IMG/VR virus record: IMGVR_UViG_3300025168_000077
Location: 2,131 to 66,130 of that record
Length of the DNA stretch: 64,000 nucleotides
Direction: 5' to 3' (one strand)
Origin: a virus
Lineage: Duplodnaviria; Caudoviricetes
Numbering within the stretch: the first letter of the stretch is position 1; every line of letters begins with the position of its first letter. Shown here in pieces: positions 9,103 to 19,328 of this stretch. The notes under the pieces are model-generated. The model was not told the origin of the DNA. It worked only from the letters and a program-made list of their open reading frames with translations, and ran no database searches. The position numbers and the translations under genes were made by a program.

Positions 9103-10844
9103 TAGGCTTGGCCTTCCCTAATCGGAGCCCCACCTCCAGCTGCGAGAGCTTCTTCTGGGGAGCCAGCCTCTCCTCCCATCAATGCTGCGACTAGTTCGGG
9201 CGGCAAGTCAGACATTGCAGCTTCTGCCTCAGCTTGCTGTTGTGCCTCAATGGCGGGTTGACCCGCAGCCGCTCCTCCGAGTGACTGAGCTTGAGCCGCC
9301 ATCTCAGCGTCTTGCTGCGCGGCCATAACCTCTTCTTCGGGCATCAAGATACGCGCCGGTAGACCGAGCCCTGAAAGGACCTCCTCGGTCAGGCGGCGGG
9401 TGTCGACGTTCGGGTCTTGAGACAAGAACGGAAGCAACTGCATAAGTGTTTCTGCAAGAACGCTTGGGTTTTGTCGGATGGGGTTGTAGCTGACCATCTT
9501 GAACCCAATCTCCAAATCTTGGATGCTCTTGAGGTCAACTTGTGTCCACTTACGGTCGCCAGCAATGCGGACCATCTTCTCTTTCTTCATGTACTTTTGG
9601 CACAGGTAGAAAGATTTGGCCGCGACATCTTCGAGGGCATCGTGTACGTGTCCTTCGCGTGTGGCCAATCGGGTTCGCATCTGAGCATCGATGATTGCCA
9701 TCTCAGTAGCAGTACGTGCCCCTGTGACTTGACCGCGAGCTGCTTCAGCCAAGGCTGAGATAAACGCGGCGTCATCTTCTTGCCGAGCAATAAACTCTTT
9801 GATTCCAACCGGAGTATCGGGCATGGGCATTTCGTAGAACAAGCTACCCAAAGACCGAAGTGCCTCGCTGTTTTGAGGGCTGACACCCACGAAAGAACCT
9901 GCGGAAGCTTCGACGGCTTTGTTCAAGTCTTCTTCAGTCAGTCGACCGGAGTCATACATGATGCGTGGAATCATCAAGTATACGATCTGCTTCATGTGAG
10001 TGAGTAGGTCGTTGACCGTCTCTTGCTGGTCCAGAACCAACTGAACCTCACTAAGGCCCAGGCAATCTACCCCTGAGTGGTTCAGACTGAACATGCTGTA
10101 CGGGATGTAGTCAATCTTGTCTTCAAACAGAACGACATCAGCTTGTTGGTTGTAGTGCTGAACGGTGCCCTTTTCGCGATCGTAGTATTCCCAGATGGTG
10201 ACCCACTGAAACGCGTCCTTTACGTTGGAGCCCTTGTCGTCCTGCATTCCAGTCGACAGCCACTTAGGGTATCGGTCGGGTGTGATTTGAGAGACGTTTT
10301 CGCCTTTGTACCGACCTTGCTTGACCCTGGCTTTGAACTCTGAGTAGGGAACAACCGTGGCTTCCATCCAATAGCGGATGTCTTCTACGTCACGGACGGT
10401 CATGTCAAAGAACACGGCAGAGGGGTCGATAACCCTGGTGACGGGACGGTCTTCTGCTGCGTTCCAGCCAGTCTTAAAGATACCTCGCTTACACAACACG
10501 GCGTCGATCAGAGCCGTAGCAGCGCGTCTACGCATCCTGTTCTTCTCAAAGATGTACTCAAGAAGTCCCGTGACGGATGGGGCTGCTTCATCTGAATGAG
10601 GCGTACGGGGCATGGCCGAGACTTGAGGGTGCGGTCCAATCAACGCAGAGATTGCAGTGTCCGCAATCGCGTAAATCAGGTTCTTGCTACAGAGGTAGTG
10701 GCGAGACGCACCACCCAAGTCAGAGTCAGAAAAACGGAAGAAGTCACCACGGTAAAATCGTCGTGCCTTTTCAAACTGCTTTCGTTCGCTTTGATCGTAA
10801 AACGCACGATGTCGTTTAATCAGCGCACTTAGTTTAGGTGCCAT
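9102..10844 (-). CDS. Portal protein
   Basis: 580 aa just downstream of TerL; DAVLCKRGIFKTGW, IDPSAVFFD, ARTATE motifs typical of podovirus portals. Confidence 0.85.
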   Translation of the reverse strand: MAPKLSALIKRHRAFYDQSERKQFEKARRFYRGDFFRFSDSDLGGASRHYLCSKNLIYAIADTAISALIGPHPQVSAMPRTPHSDEAAPSVTGLLEYIFEKNRMRRRAATALIDAVLCKRGIFKTGWNAAEDRPVTRVIDPSAVFFDMTVRDVEDIRYWMEATVVPYSEFKARVKQGRYKGENVSQITPDRYPKWLSTGMQDDKGSNVKDAFQWVTIWEYYDREKGTVQHYNQQADVVLFEDKIDYIPYSMFSLNHSGVDCLGLSEVQLVLDQQETVNDLLTHMKQIVYLMIPRIMYDSGRLTEEDLNKAVEASAGSFVGVSPQNSEALRSLGSLFYEMPMPDTPVGIKEFIARQEDDAAFISALAEAARGQVTGARTATEMAIIDAQMRTRLATREGHVHDALEDVAAKSFYLCQKYMKKEKMVRIAGDRKWTQVDLKSIQDLEIGFKMVSYNPIRQNPSVLAETLMQLLPFLSQDPNVDTRRLTEEVLSGLGLPARILMPEEEVMAAQQDAEMAAQAQSLGGAAAGQPAIEAQQQAEAEAAMSDLPPELVAALMGGEAGSPEEALAAGGGAPIREGQA

Positions 10845-10873
10845 GATGAGTTCTCCCGCTCATGTGAGTGTAA

Positions 10874-11113
10874 TCAGCCGCTGACTTTGCCGAAGGGCAT
10901 TGGTGTCATAGTGGCTTCCTTAAGCTTTGCGCGCTGTTTTTCCGCCTCTGTTTTTGCTTCCGCGTCTGCATCTGCGATCTTCTTTTTCGCGTCAACATTT
11001 GGCTTGTCATCCGTGGCGTTCTTTTTCGCCTGCTCTACGGTTTTCATTTGGGCAAGCATTGACGCAGCTTGATTTTTCAGATCTGTACCTTCCGTCTTGT
11101 TTGGTTTCGCCAT
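10874..11113 (-). CDS. Hypothetical protein
   Basis: AGGAG RBS; lies between TerL and portal. Confidence 0.6.
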   Translation of the reverse strand: MAKPNKTEGTDLKNQAASMLAQMKTVEQAKKNATDDKPNVDAKKKIADADAEAKTEAEKQRAKLKEATMTPMPFGKVSG

Positions 11114-11115
11114 GT

Positions 11116-12765
11116 TTAACTCCTGTCTCGGGGTATTGGATTAAAGGGACTTTGTGCACGCCGCCGTTGGTGACTTTTGTGCCGGTCAAGATCACCGATG
11201 GTCACTTGACCCGGTGTTCGCGGTAACTGTATCTCGGTTGAGCCTTTCACGAAATGACGACGCGAAAGAATGTCAGCTGCCATAACGGCTGTTCGTGCGC
11301 GGTCAAAGTGGTGAGTCGCTCCGTCTAGCCCTTTTGTGCGTTTCTTTCGGGTGCCGTCGTAGTTCAGTAGTTGGTGCAAAAGACCACGACTACGCATTGT
11401 GATCTCTTCGTGCCGCAGCATTTGAACCAGCAATGCTTCTGCTTCTTGGAGTCTCTTGTTGGTTGCGTACCAACCTGGGTGGTTGTGGTTAGTCCACAAC
11501 AAGTTGCGGGTACCGTTCTCTTTCAAGATGGCAATACACGCAGTGGCGTTTGACTCGACTGCCAGGAGAGCTTCGTTGTAGCGTTTCTGCGCTCGTTGCA
11601 ATCGTTTCGAGAACCGGTCAGGTGCCTCGCGGCCTTCCCAAAAAGCGACCTCTTTTCTCTCGAAAGTGTCCCACACAGTCAGTGCCGACTTGTCACCCGT
11701 AGACCCGAACCCCGCAGGGTCAGCTGTAATCAAGTACTTGACTTCAGGTTTAGGGGGGTCGATTTCGTAAATGCCGCACATCCCCAAAGCGGGGTCAGGA
11801 TTGGCCGCAGCCAACGCGGGTTTGAGTAGCTCAGCAGGCATCACGGGGTTGGTAGAGCCCAGCCACCCGTCGTACGGATCAGACGGGTACTTAGAAGAAA
11901 ACAGGCGGGAGTCTCCAACAAACTCAGTGCCAAGTGCTCTTTGCCTAAAGGCTAAGCTTGCGAGCCCCATGTCTTTGTGGCGTTGTTGGTATTCAACCTC
12001 GTCGGGTTTAAAGTCCAAGTCTTTCGCAATGATTCGGCAACTATCGTCTCGCCACCACTCCAAGAACACCGGAGTGAATCGACTGTTACCTTCTAATGAA
12101 GACTGCCACATTTGCTCGTGGTGAGAGCCGGCTCTGCCGGGTGTCGACTCCAGAACAACTTTAGCGTTGGGCCGTTTGTTTACAGTAGGGAAGATGTTGA
12201 TTGCAGCTTTCTTTTGCCATTGAGCTTCACCGAACTCGGTGATTACAAGGCGGTCGATTGACCTACCGATTGCGGGAGATCGCCCACCAGCGGTCAGTAC
12301 TTTGATTCCGCCTCCGTGAACAAACTGCATCTGAGTGGCGCCTGCTTTACGACCTGGGGCCAATGGCATCCGCACGTCATCTGGAAGTCGCTGGTAGGCA
12401 AACAAGATCCGTTCAAAGATGTCTTCTGCGGTGTCTTGCCGCTCTGCGATCAACAGACCCTTGACGCCTTCTAAGTACATGCAGTCACGCAACAAGAGCA
12501 TCACAGATACGGTCGTAATCTTGGCTTGGCGGAACTTGTTCACCATTATCCATTGATTGTTTTCGTATGCTTCAAGCACACGCCGTTGCGTAAACGTGGG
12601 CTCCATGTACCCGATGGTTTCGTCTTCTCTGACGATCTGGCACATCGACACAAACGCATCTGGTGTGGCGAACAGTGCACGTACTTTACCGGGGTGGATT
12701 CCAGGTGCATCGGCGTACCGGGCCCCCGATTTTCTTTTCGTCGGGTTTACTTGAGGCTCAGACAT
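11116..12765 (-). CDS. terL: Terminase large subunit
   Basis: Walker A-like KFRQAKITT, Walker B LVITE, ESTP coupling motif, nuclease ADPAG / DKSA / VESN; likely start MSEPQ at 12765. Confidence 0.9.
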   Translation of the reverse strand: MSEPQVNPTKRKSGARYADAPGIHPGKVRALFATPDAFVSMCQIVREDETIGYMEPTFTQRRVLEAYENNQWIMVNKFRQAKITTVSVMLLLRDCMYLEGVKGLLIAERQDTAEDIFERILFAYQRLPDDVRMPLAPGRKAGATQMQFVHGGGIKVLTAGGRSPAIGRSIDRLVITEFGEAQWQKKAAINIFPTVNKRPNAKVVLESTPGRAGSHHEQMWQSSLEGNSRFTPVFLEWWRDDSCRIIAKDLDFKPDEVEYQQRHKDMGLASLAFRQRALGTEFVGDSRLFSSKYPSDPYDGWLGSTNPVMPAELLKPALAAANPDPALGMCGIYEIDPPKPEVKYLITADPAGFGSTGDKSALTVWDTFERKEVAFWEGREAPDRFSKRLQRAQKRYNEALLAVESNATACIAILKENGTRNLLWTNHNHPGWYATNKRLQEAEALLVQMLRHEEITMRSRGLLHQLLNYDGTRKKRTKGLDGATHHFDRARTAVMAADILSRRHFVKGSTEIQLPRTPGQVTIGDLDRHKSHQRRRAQSPFNPIPRDRS

Positions 12766-12770
12766 GGTTT

Positions 12771-12844
12771 TTATCGTATCATGTTTAGTCGTATGCGGTA
12801 TGGAACTGCCTGTACTTGCACAGTCATACGTTGTGTTGTATACA
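12771..12844. promoter_or_regulatory. Divergent promoters for terL (left) and MCP (right)
   Basis: Plus strand TTGCAC-17-TATACA (12816-12844); minus strand extended -10 TGATACGAT. Confidence 0.45.
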
Positions 12845-12973
12845 TTAACCACGCACCCACTAAGTGTGTCGGGTAGCCGAAAGGTCCGACGAGGTCACTA
12901 AAGGGCAGGCGACAAACCAACAACCCTCTTTATAGTTTGTGGGTTCTTCGCCCACTCAGCCAAAAGGCACAAA

Positions 12974-14068
12974 ATGTCCATTAGTACCGAACTTTTGAAC
13001 ACTACGTTTGCGGATCTCCGCGGACCTCTGGTGAACTCGTTTGTTCGCAGCAATGAACTGTTCGAGGCCCTGACAACAAAAGCACGTATGCCCATGGAGG
13101 GAGGAACTCGTATCGAACGTTCCTTCGCCGGTGGTGCACCTGCTCGCGGTGTCGGTGTTTACGTCGGTGACGAGCTGCTGAACATGACCCGTCGTCAACA
13201 AATCAACCGGTTCCAAGTTGAACCTCACCGTGTTGTTGTCGCCGTTAACATTCCTAAGCGTGAGTTGAACCAGAACAGCGGAAAGCTGGCTGTCATTCGT
13301 CTCATCGAAGAGTACCCACAAACCACCATGGAAGCGGTGAAGGCAGACTTGAACAAGTACTTCCTCACTGGTGTCAGCCGTGGTCTTGTGTTCACTACTT
13401 CTGAGCTGAAGGGATTCTTGACTCTGAACGGTCTCGTTACTGACGGTATCGGAACCGGTGTGACCAATGGTCTTATCGACTTTCAGTCACCAGCCGATCA
13501 AGCAACTTCCGCTCAAGTTGTTCAAGGTGTAGCTAAGAGCACTTTGATTTCTCACTTCAACCAGTTTGAAGATGTGTCGTCAACCTCCGGCTTCTCCGCG
13601 AACGGTCTTCACCCCCTCCGTCGGATCTACCGTAAGTGTGCTCACTACGCGGGCGGTCCTGGTAAGGGTCCAGACCTTGTGATCATGGACGACGATACGT
13701 ACACTCTGTACGATCAGAACATCCTGCAAAACAACGTCCGAATCAACTTGGTTGACGATAAGACTGACAAGACCAACACCATGGCGCTTACGCTTGGTTT
13801 GGCTAAGGTCCACTCGTCGATTGACCTCGATAAGGATGATTCAGTGTTCGCGTCTACCGTTGCTGCTGAGGGAGTGTCCTACTTCTTGAACACCGACTAC
13901 ATCGAGTTCCCAATGCTCGAAGCTCCGAACATCTCTGAGTTCAAAGAGCGTGTTGGTGATCAAGACGTTGTGACTGCTCTGTTTGCTATGCAAGGCAACA
14001 TGATCTGCACCAAGCTCCCTGCTCAGGGCGCTGTAACTGGTACCGCTGGTACTACCGCAACAGCGTAA
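12974..14068 (+). CDS. Major capsid protein
   Basis: 364 aa; N-terminus LLNTTFADLRGPLVNSF, GGTRIE, GPDLVIMD, YFLNTDY and C-terminal GNMICT...QG resemble HK97-fold MCPs; strongly biased codon use. Confidence 0.85.
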   Translation: MSISTELLNTTFADLRGPLVNSFVRSNELFEALTTKARMPMEGGTRIERSFAGGAPARGVGVYVGDELLNMTRRQQINRFQVEPHRVVVAVNIPKRELNQNSGKLAVIRLIEEYPQTTMEAVKADLNKYFLTGVSRGLVFTTSELKGFLTLNGLVTDGIGTGVTNGLIDFQSPADQATSAQVVQGVAKSTLISHFNQFEDVSSTSGFSANGLHPLRRIYRKCAHYAGGPGKGPDLVIMDDDTYTLYDQNILQNNVRINLVDDKTDKTNTMALTLGLAKVHSSIDLDKDDSVFASTVAAEGVSYFLNTDYIEFPMLEAPNISEFKERVGDQDVVTALFAMQGNMICTKLPAQGAVTGTAGTTATA

Positions 14069-14080
14069 GGAAGGTAAATC

Positions 14081-14638
14081 ATGGGAACGTTCAAATCTGA
14101 TCCGTTGTCTACAACATACGATGATGCAGTTTATGCACTGGGTACTCAATACTCCCAGACCGCAGAGCAAGTTGATTCGTATGGGTCTGGTGTAAACACA
14201 GCCGTCACTCTTACAGCGGCCCAAAAGCTTATGCTTTCGGGTCACCGTACTTGGGTGTTTGTTGAAGCTGCCGCGGCCATCGCGGCGGGTTCTTTGTGTA
14301 AGCGTAATGCTGACACCACTCCATTCAAGGCTGCTGAAGATGCTGCGAGTGAAACGTTGGTCCGAGATCTTGTCGGAGTAGCTGATCACGCGATTGCGTC
14401 TGGCAAGTATGGCTGGATTATCTGCAAAGGCGCTTGCGTTATTGAAGCTGAAGCTGGGGTCGCCGCAGGCGAGTTTCTGGCTTCGGACGGAGACAACGTA
14501 GCCGGTGAAGTGGATACTTTTGCGGGCACAAGCGCTGCTGACACTCAAAAGATCGTTGGTACGGCTCTGGAAACAGAATCTTCCAGCGCAACTTTTGGGG
14601 CTGGCTACGTCATTGCACGGATCGACATTCCTTCCTAA
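14081..14638 (+). CDS. Capsid decoration/cement protein
   Basis: Follows MCP; VGVADHAIASGKYGWIICKG motif; terminator downstream. Confidence 0.7.
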   Translation: MGTFKSDPLSTTYDDAVYALGTQYSQTAEQVDSYGSGVNTAVTLTAAQKLMLSGHRTWVFVEAAAAIAAGSLCKRNADTTPFKAAEDAASETLVRDLVGVADHAIASGKYGWIICKGACVIEAEAGVAAGEFLASDGDNVAGEVDTFAGTSAADTQKIVGTALETESSSATFGAGYVIARIDIPS

Positions 14639-14660
14639 TAGGTAGGTTCGTGATACACTT

Positions 14661-14697
14661 GAGGGGCGTAGCTTTCGGGTTACGCCCCTCTCGTATT
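14661..14697 (+). terminator. Hairpin terminator after the MCP-decoration genes
   Basis: gaggggcgtagc-tttcgg-gttacgcccctc. Confidence 0.7.
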
Positions 14698-14708
14698 TAG
14701 GAGGTCCT

Positions 14709-16532
14709 GTGGACGTATCTCTCGGCGCGCTTCGCCAACGACTGCTTAACTTCCGCTCGTGGGACAGTACGGGTGAGACTTTGGACAACCGCATTCGGGA
14801 GGCGATGAACACCGCACTTGACCGACTAGCGGGTGATGTCCCCGAAGCTTTGATTCCTGATGAGCAGCATGTGGCCTTGCTCCCCGATCAAAAGGGTTCG
14901 ACATACAAGGCTACTGTTCTGGGTGTAACCGACCAACGTGTCCTTCAGTTTTACGACACAAGCGGCACGGCTTTGGGACTGAGTACAGTCAGTACGTGGC
15001 TACCGGAAGTAGACGGCACCTGGGATGGTGTCATGCACATCGAGTTTACGGACACTACGGGCCAGCTGCATCGTCGTCAGTGCCTGGAGTTTTTTACGAC
15101 AACGGTGACGGTAGATAACGTTTCGACAAAGCGGTACTACGTTACGATTGACCGACCCTTTGCTGACCCGTCTTTGAGCAACTCGGTTTCAAATCGCATG
15201 GACTTCAGGCTTCATCAGCCAGAGTTCTTCTTGCGCGATGATGTGATGGAAGTTCTTGAGCCCGCTCGCGTGTTCGACTCCTCGCGTCAACAAGTTTGGG
15301 CAGTAGACACGGCGGGTGCGTACCGTCAGGACATGGTTGACTTTAGGGGCGACAGCACAGGTCGTCCCTACCGTATGTGGAGAGGGCGCCACTTCCAACT
15401 GCCAGCCCCTACAGAAGCGCCTGAAGTAGGCGAGTTGATGGTAGAAGATTCTAAGCTAACAACAGGATCAGTGGACGCGAACACTGAGATTCTTTTGTGG
15501 GCTCACGGAAAGCCCGCCAACGCTTATTCTACGGGGGAGTGGGGTATTTGCTACACCTACGTCATGGGTCGACGGGACAAAGAGTGGCAGCAATCACCTC
15601 TGATAAATCCTGATACTACGGCTACGGTAAATGACAGTTCCCAAAAACTCAACTGGGCATTTGAGTCGTACGGCGGCGCTTTGATTGATGGTGTAAAAGT
15701 AGCTGCTGGGATTCATGATCCGTTGTGGGAAAGCGCCCCCTCTCCGATTACAACCATCAAAAATGTAACTCAGGCATTTGATACAAATTCAAACTCTGCG
15801 TATGACCCAGCGACATCGCTGCCCCCCGGCTCGCTGTACAAACGGGCCATGGTTTTGGCGGCTACCAACATTGACGCTCAGCAAGGATTTCAAAATAAAG
15901 TCCCCGTGGCTGGTTCTACCGCAGACACGCCAGACTTGAGGCAGGGTCGTTCGGGCTACCGGATTCGTTACTACATCGCTCACTTGGGAAGCAACAACGA
16001 TCAAGACTCCTACGACACCGAAACAAACGCCAGGTACTACTTCTTGTGTGAGGTAGAGCCTACGTTTGACCAGCTCCAAGGGACTCTGTACGGCGCCACT
16101 ACGGACATGCTTCGGTCTACGAAGAAGAAGGGTGCCCGGATTGTATGGAATGGCGATCAGCTGTATGACTACCATCGCCCATTGCGCCACTCTACCGGGT
16201 ACTACTCTTACAAAGTTTACCCCCACCAAGACGCTCGGTACGAGCTGGACTTTCGGGTGCTTCGATTGCCCCGTAAATACGTAGACGACCAAGACACGGC
16301 TCCGATTCAAAGAGACGCCGTCCCCGCGTTGATTGAGTTGTCCCTGCACTATTTGTGTTTGATCGATGGGGTAGATCAGCAAGGCGCTCAGATTCACCTT
16401 GACCGGTACGAAGAAGTCGCGCGCAAGTATCGAGAGCGATACGCTAACCCCGGTCGTGTGGTAGAACCGGTACCGTTGTTCGGTTACTCCGCTCGACATC
16501 GCTATGGGACATTTGGCTCAACCAGCGAATAA
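14709..16532 (+). CDS. Head-tail adaptor-like protein with large insertions
   Basis: N-terminal helices (IREAMNTALDRL) and C-terminal VYPHQD...LPRKY...PIQRDAVPALI match podovirus adaptors. Confidence 0.55.
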   Translation: MDVSLGALRQRLLNFRSWDSTGETLDNRIREAMNTALDRLAGDVPEALIPDEQHVALLPDQKGSTYKATVLGVTDQRVLQFYDTSGTALGLSTVSTWLPEVDGTWDGVMHIEFTDTTGQLHRRQCLEFFTTTVTVDNVSTKRYYVTIDRPFADPSLSNSVSNRMDFRLHQPEFFLRDDVMEVLEPARVFDSSRQQVWAVDTAGAYRQDMVDFRGDSTGRPYRMWRGRHFQLPAPTEAPEVGELMVEDSKLTTGSVDANTEILLWAHGKPANAYSTGEWGICYTYVMGRRDKEWQQSPLINPDTTATVNDSSQKLNWAFESYGGALIDGVKVAAGIHDPLWESAPSPITTIKNVTQAFDTNSNSAYDPATSLPPGSLYKRAMVLAATNIDAQQGFQNKVPVAGSTADTPDLRQGRSGYRIRYYIAHLGSNNDQDSYDTETNARYYFLCEVEPTFDQLQGTLYGATTDMLRSTKKKGARIVWNGDQLYDYHRPLRHSTGYYSYKVYPHQDARYELDFRVLRLPRKYVDDQDTAPIQRDAVPALIELSLHYLCLIDGVDQQGAQIHLDRYEEVARKYRERYANPGRVVEPVPLFGYSARHRYGTFGSTSE

Positions 16533-16553
16533 ACACCCACCCATGAGGCTATT

Positions 16554-17063
16554 GTGAAGAAACTAAAGAACTTGACTCAATACAAGTCACCACTGGCGCT
16601 ACCTCGGCTGGAGCTTGGATCTCACGTATCCAGAATCAGCTTGAACGGTCGCTACGAAGAAGCAGTTGTACTGAGTGTCACTTGTGCTGAAAGAGACAGC
16701 ACGAAGAGTTGGTCGGCTACGATTATTGCAAAGAACGGCATTGAGTTTATCTCAGGCGACACGGAGCACCGAGGTAAGTCTGACTGGATGCCTAAAGATT
16801 GGATTTACCACGTTGAGACCGGTTCTTGGTACGGGCCATCGCAGCCCGAAGTTGTCGAAGAACAAGAGATGGCAAAGCCTCCAGAAGACACCAACCCCGA
16901 CGTTATTGTCGAGGTTCCAGAGCCTTGGGAAAACGAGAAGTACTTCTCTTGGCGGTCACGGGTTCTTAAGTCAGACGTTCGCTTGAAGGCTCTGCCTGAT
17001 GTTCAGGCACTGCTCTCTCAAGTGTGGAAAGACAAGTCGTTTGATGAAGGCATCCAACTGTAG
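16554..17063 (+). CDS. Hypothetical protein
   Basis: 169-aa ORF with GAGG RBS. Confidence 0.6.
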   Translation: MKKLKNLTQYKSPLALPRLELGSHVSRISLNGRYEEAVVLSVTCAERDSTKSWSATIIAKNGIEFISGDTEHRGKSDWMPKDWIYHVETGSWYGPSQPEVVEEQEMAKPPEDTNPDVIVEVPEPWENEKYFSWRSRVLKSDVRLKALPDVQALLSQVWKDKSFDEGIQL

Positions 17064-17082
17064 AGATACTTGAGGTGCGTAC

Positions 17083-19323
17083 ATGTCGGGGCCGACAAGA
17101 CAAGAAATAGATTCGTTCGTAATCCCCCCAGGGGAAGACTTGGTTCAGTACTCGCCCAGTGATCTGGCGCAAAAAGTACAAAACCTTGAGCTTACTCCCG
17201 AGGGGACGCTGAAGTCTCTTGTCGGTCCTTGCGCATTTGCAAAGGGGCCTCAAAGTTACTTGTTCAGTAACCACCTACCGTTCTCGGTGTTTCACGCGTC
17301 TTTGTTGAGTGGGTCGGCTCCGACTATCTACGCGAGGACGGGGAGTGAGGTTTTCAGGTACGAAGGCTGGCATGGAACAGACGAAACGTACCCCTTCTAC
17401 GCGGGGGGTCAGTGGCGTTCGCAGCTATCCGGCCTTTCGTCAAATCCGTCACCTCGATTCCCTGATCAATGGATCGTGTTGAATGACAGGATTGTCTGGT
17501 CGAACGGTGTAGATAAGCCAAGGGTCTTTACTTACGATGGCATGGTCACCCCCCTGGGGTTTGACACCCGGCCTACAGCCCCGCTGGCGCTGGGTCCGAT
17601 TCAGTCAGGGTACCAAAAATCGGCCAACAGCTACCCCAACACTAAGGGGTATTCGTGGCAGGGTGACATCGGTACATCAATCGAGTCTTTGACGGGGGAA
17701 GCCGGTTCTGTAAGGGGCGGCACTTGGTACTACTATCTCCAGTACGAAGACATTCACGGCAACCTCTCTGAGTTTTCTGTGTCAAGCAACCCCGTTCAAA
17801 CAAGCACAGCAAACGCCGACCCGTTTGATCCTGGGGGAGACAGTAAAGAGACGGGTGTAGAGATCACCAACTTGCTCCGCCAGTTTCATGTCTCTCTAGG
17901 AAGCGAAGCACCCGATCACTGCGTTGCTGTCCGTTTGTACCGCACAGCTGACACTAAGAACGTAGGTGGAGAGCCTCAGTTGTTGGCGAGGCTACCGGGA
18001 ACAGGAGCCGCTGAGTACGCAGACAACACACCTGACTCGGGCTTGGGTTCGATTTGGGAAGAGACCGTTTCTGTGCCCGTATTCAAGTTGATGTGCACAC
18101 ACCAAGGAAGGCTTGTAATCGCCAACACTGAGGATGAGCCTGGCATTGTTCGGCGTTCTCAGCCGGGCTTTGCGGGGACGTTCAACAAACTGGACTTTAT
18201 CTTCCCTGATAGCGGTGGTAGTGAAGTTACTGGTATTGCTTCTCACGCTGGCGTTCTTTTGGCTTTTACTGAAAGCAGCGTCTACTCTTTGGAAGACTTC
18301 GGCCTTCCTAGACCTTTGGCGCAAGGTATTGGCTGCGTGGCGCCCAATAGCATTCAGGCATTACCGAATGGCCTTCTTGTTTGGCTGGGCCGGGACGGTT
18401 TTTACGGGATGTCTCCGTCAGGCCAGGTTCAACGACTCAGTAAATCGATTGATCGGTTGATGAGAAACTCGTTGAATCGGGGTCGACTGTCCTTGGCTAC
18501 AGCTGCTGTGGACGCCCACACCAATGAGTACCGTTGTGCCGTGTCAAAAGCTGGGTCTCCGTTTAACAACTTGATCCTCTGTTTCGACGGACAAAACTGG
18601 CGTCGTCATGAGTTAAATGTGCACATCGCAGACATGTGTCGGACAGACGACTTTAGTCAGCATCTTTTGGCTCTTGTTTTAGACTACACCGCAAAAGTAG
18701 ATAGTCAGGGCAACGTAGGGTTACGTGAAACTCGGTCTCCTGTGATTGACGATACGTACGGTTATGTCAACCCTTCGGTGTATGACTTAGATGGTTCGAT
18801 GTCTGAGCCTATGACTCATTTGTTAGTTTTGGATCGAGAGACCGGTGACACTGTTTACACACCACCGCCACGCACTGTTGTTTATCGATCAGGTTGGTTT
18901 AGGGCGGACGTGTCGGGCTTGGTGCCCGTAAATGTGCGGTCATTATTTGTGGGAATGGTTGACGCTTGGGACGGTGACGCGACTGTGCGTATCTTTAAGA
19001 ATGGGTCTGAAAAACCTGTACACGAGATAACTGACTTACGGTTGATTGGTGTTGACAACGAATCTGACGTAGTCAAAGACCTCGTAGGTCAGGCTATTAA
19101 CAGAGACTCTAAGTTTCATTCTCCCAGGTTCTTTTGGCGTCAGGTACCTGTGGGCCTTGAAAACGTGAACACTTGGTGCTTTGAAATAGAGATTGAACAA
19201 ACTCCTTCTTTTGTTGAGTCCGACAACGTACCTCGAATGGAGTTGGCGTCTTTTGCCTTCGAGACCAGTGTAGCGAGTTCTGGTAGTCCTCGTGGCCGCA
19301 TTCCCCTTAAGTCGGACAGGTAA
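17083..19323 (+). CDS. Tail nozzle / packaged-DNA stabilisation protein (P22 gp10-like)
   Basis: Beta-propeller features: HQGRLVIA, VTGIASH, GIGCVAPNSI, LVWLGRDGFY. Confidence 0.75.
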   Translation: MSGPTRQEIDSFVIPPGEDLVQYSPSDLAQKVQNLELTPEGTLKSLVGPCAFAKGPQSYLFSNHLPFSVFHASLLSGSAPTIYARTGSEVFRYEGWHGTDETYPFYAGGQWRSQLSGLSSNPSPRFPDQWIVLNDRIVWSNGVDKPRVFTYDGMVTPLGFDTRPTAPLALGPIQSGYQKSANSYPNTKGYSWQGDIGTSIESLTGEAGSVRGGTWYYYLQYEDIHGNLSEFSVSSNPVQTSTANADPFDPGGDSKETGVEITNLLRQFHVSLGSEAPDHCVAVRLYRTADTKNVGGEPQLLARLPGTGAAEYADNTPDSGLGSIWEETVSVPVFKLMCTHQGRLVIANTEDEPGIVRRSQPGFAGTFNKLDFIFPDSGGSEVTGIASHAGVLLAFTESSVYSLEDFGLPRPLAQGIGCVAPNSIQALPNGLLVWLGRDGFYGMSPSGQVQRLSKSIDRLMRNSLNRGRLSLATAAVDAHTNEYRCAVSKAGSPFNNLILCFDGQNWRRHELNVHIADMCRTDDFSQHLLALVLDYTAKVDSQGNVGLRETRSPVIDDTYGYVNPSVYDLDGSMSEPMTHLLVLDRETGDTVYTPPPRTVVYRSGWFRADVSGLVPVNVRSLFVGMVDAWDGDATVRIFKNGSEKPVHEITDLRLIGVDNESDVVKDLVGQAINRDSKFHSPRFFWRQVPVGLENVNTWCFEIEIEQTPSFVESDNVPRMELASFAFETSVASSGSPRGRIPLKSDR

Positions 19324-19328
19324 GCAGT

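Noticed and set aside
13841-14812. 323-aa minus-strand ORF and similar long antisense ORFs (15789-16499, 36816-37388, 48559-49368)
   Set aside because: They are shadows of well-supported genes with biased codon use, and show no RBS or motifs.
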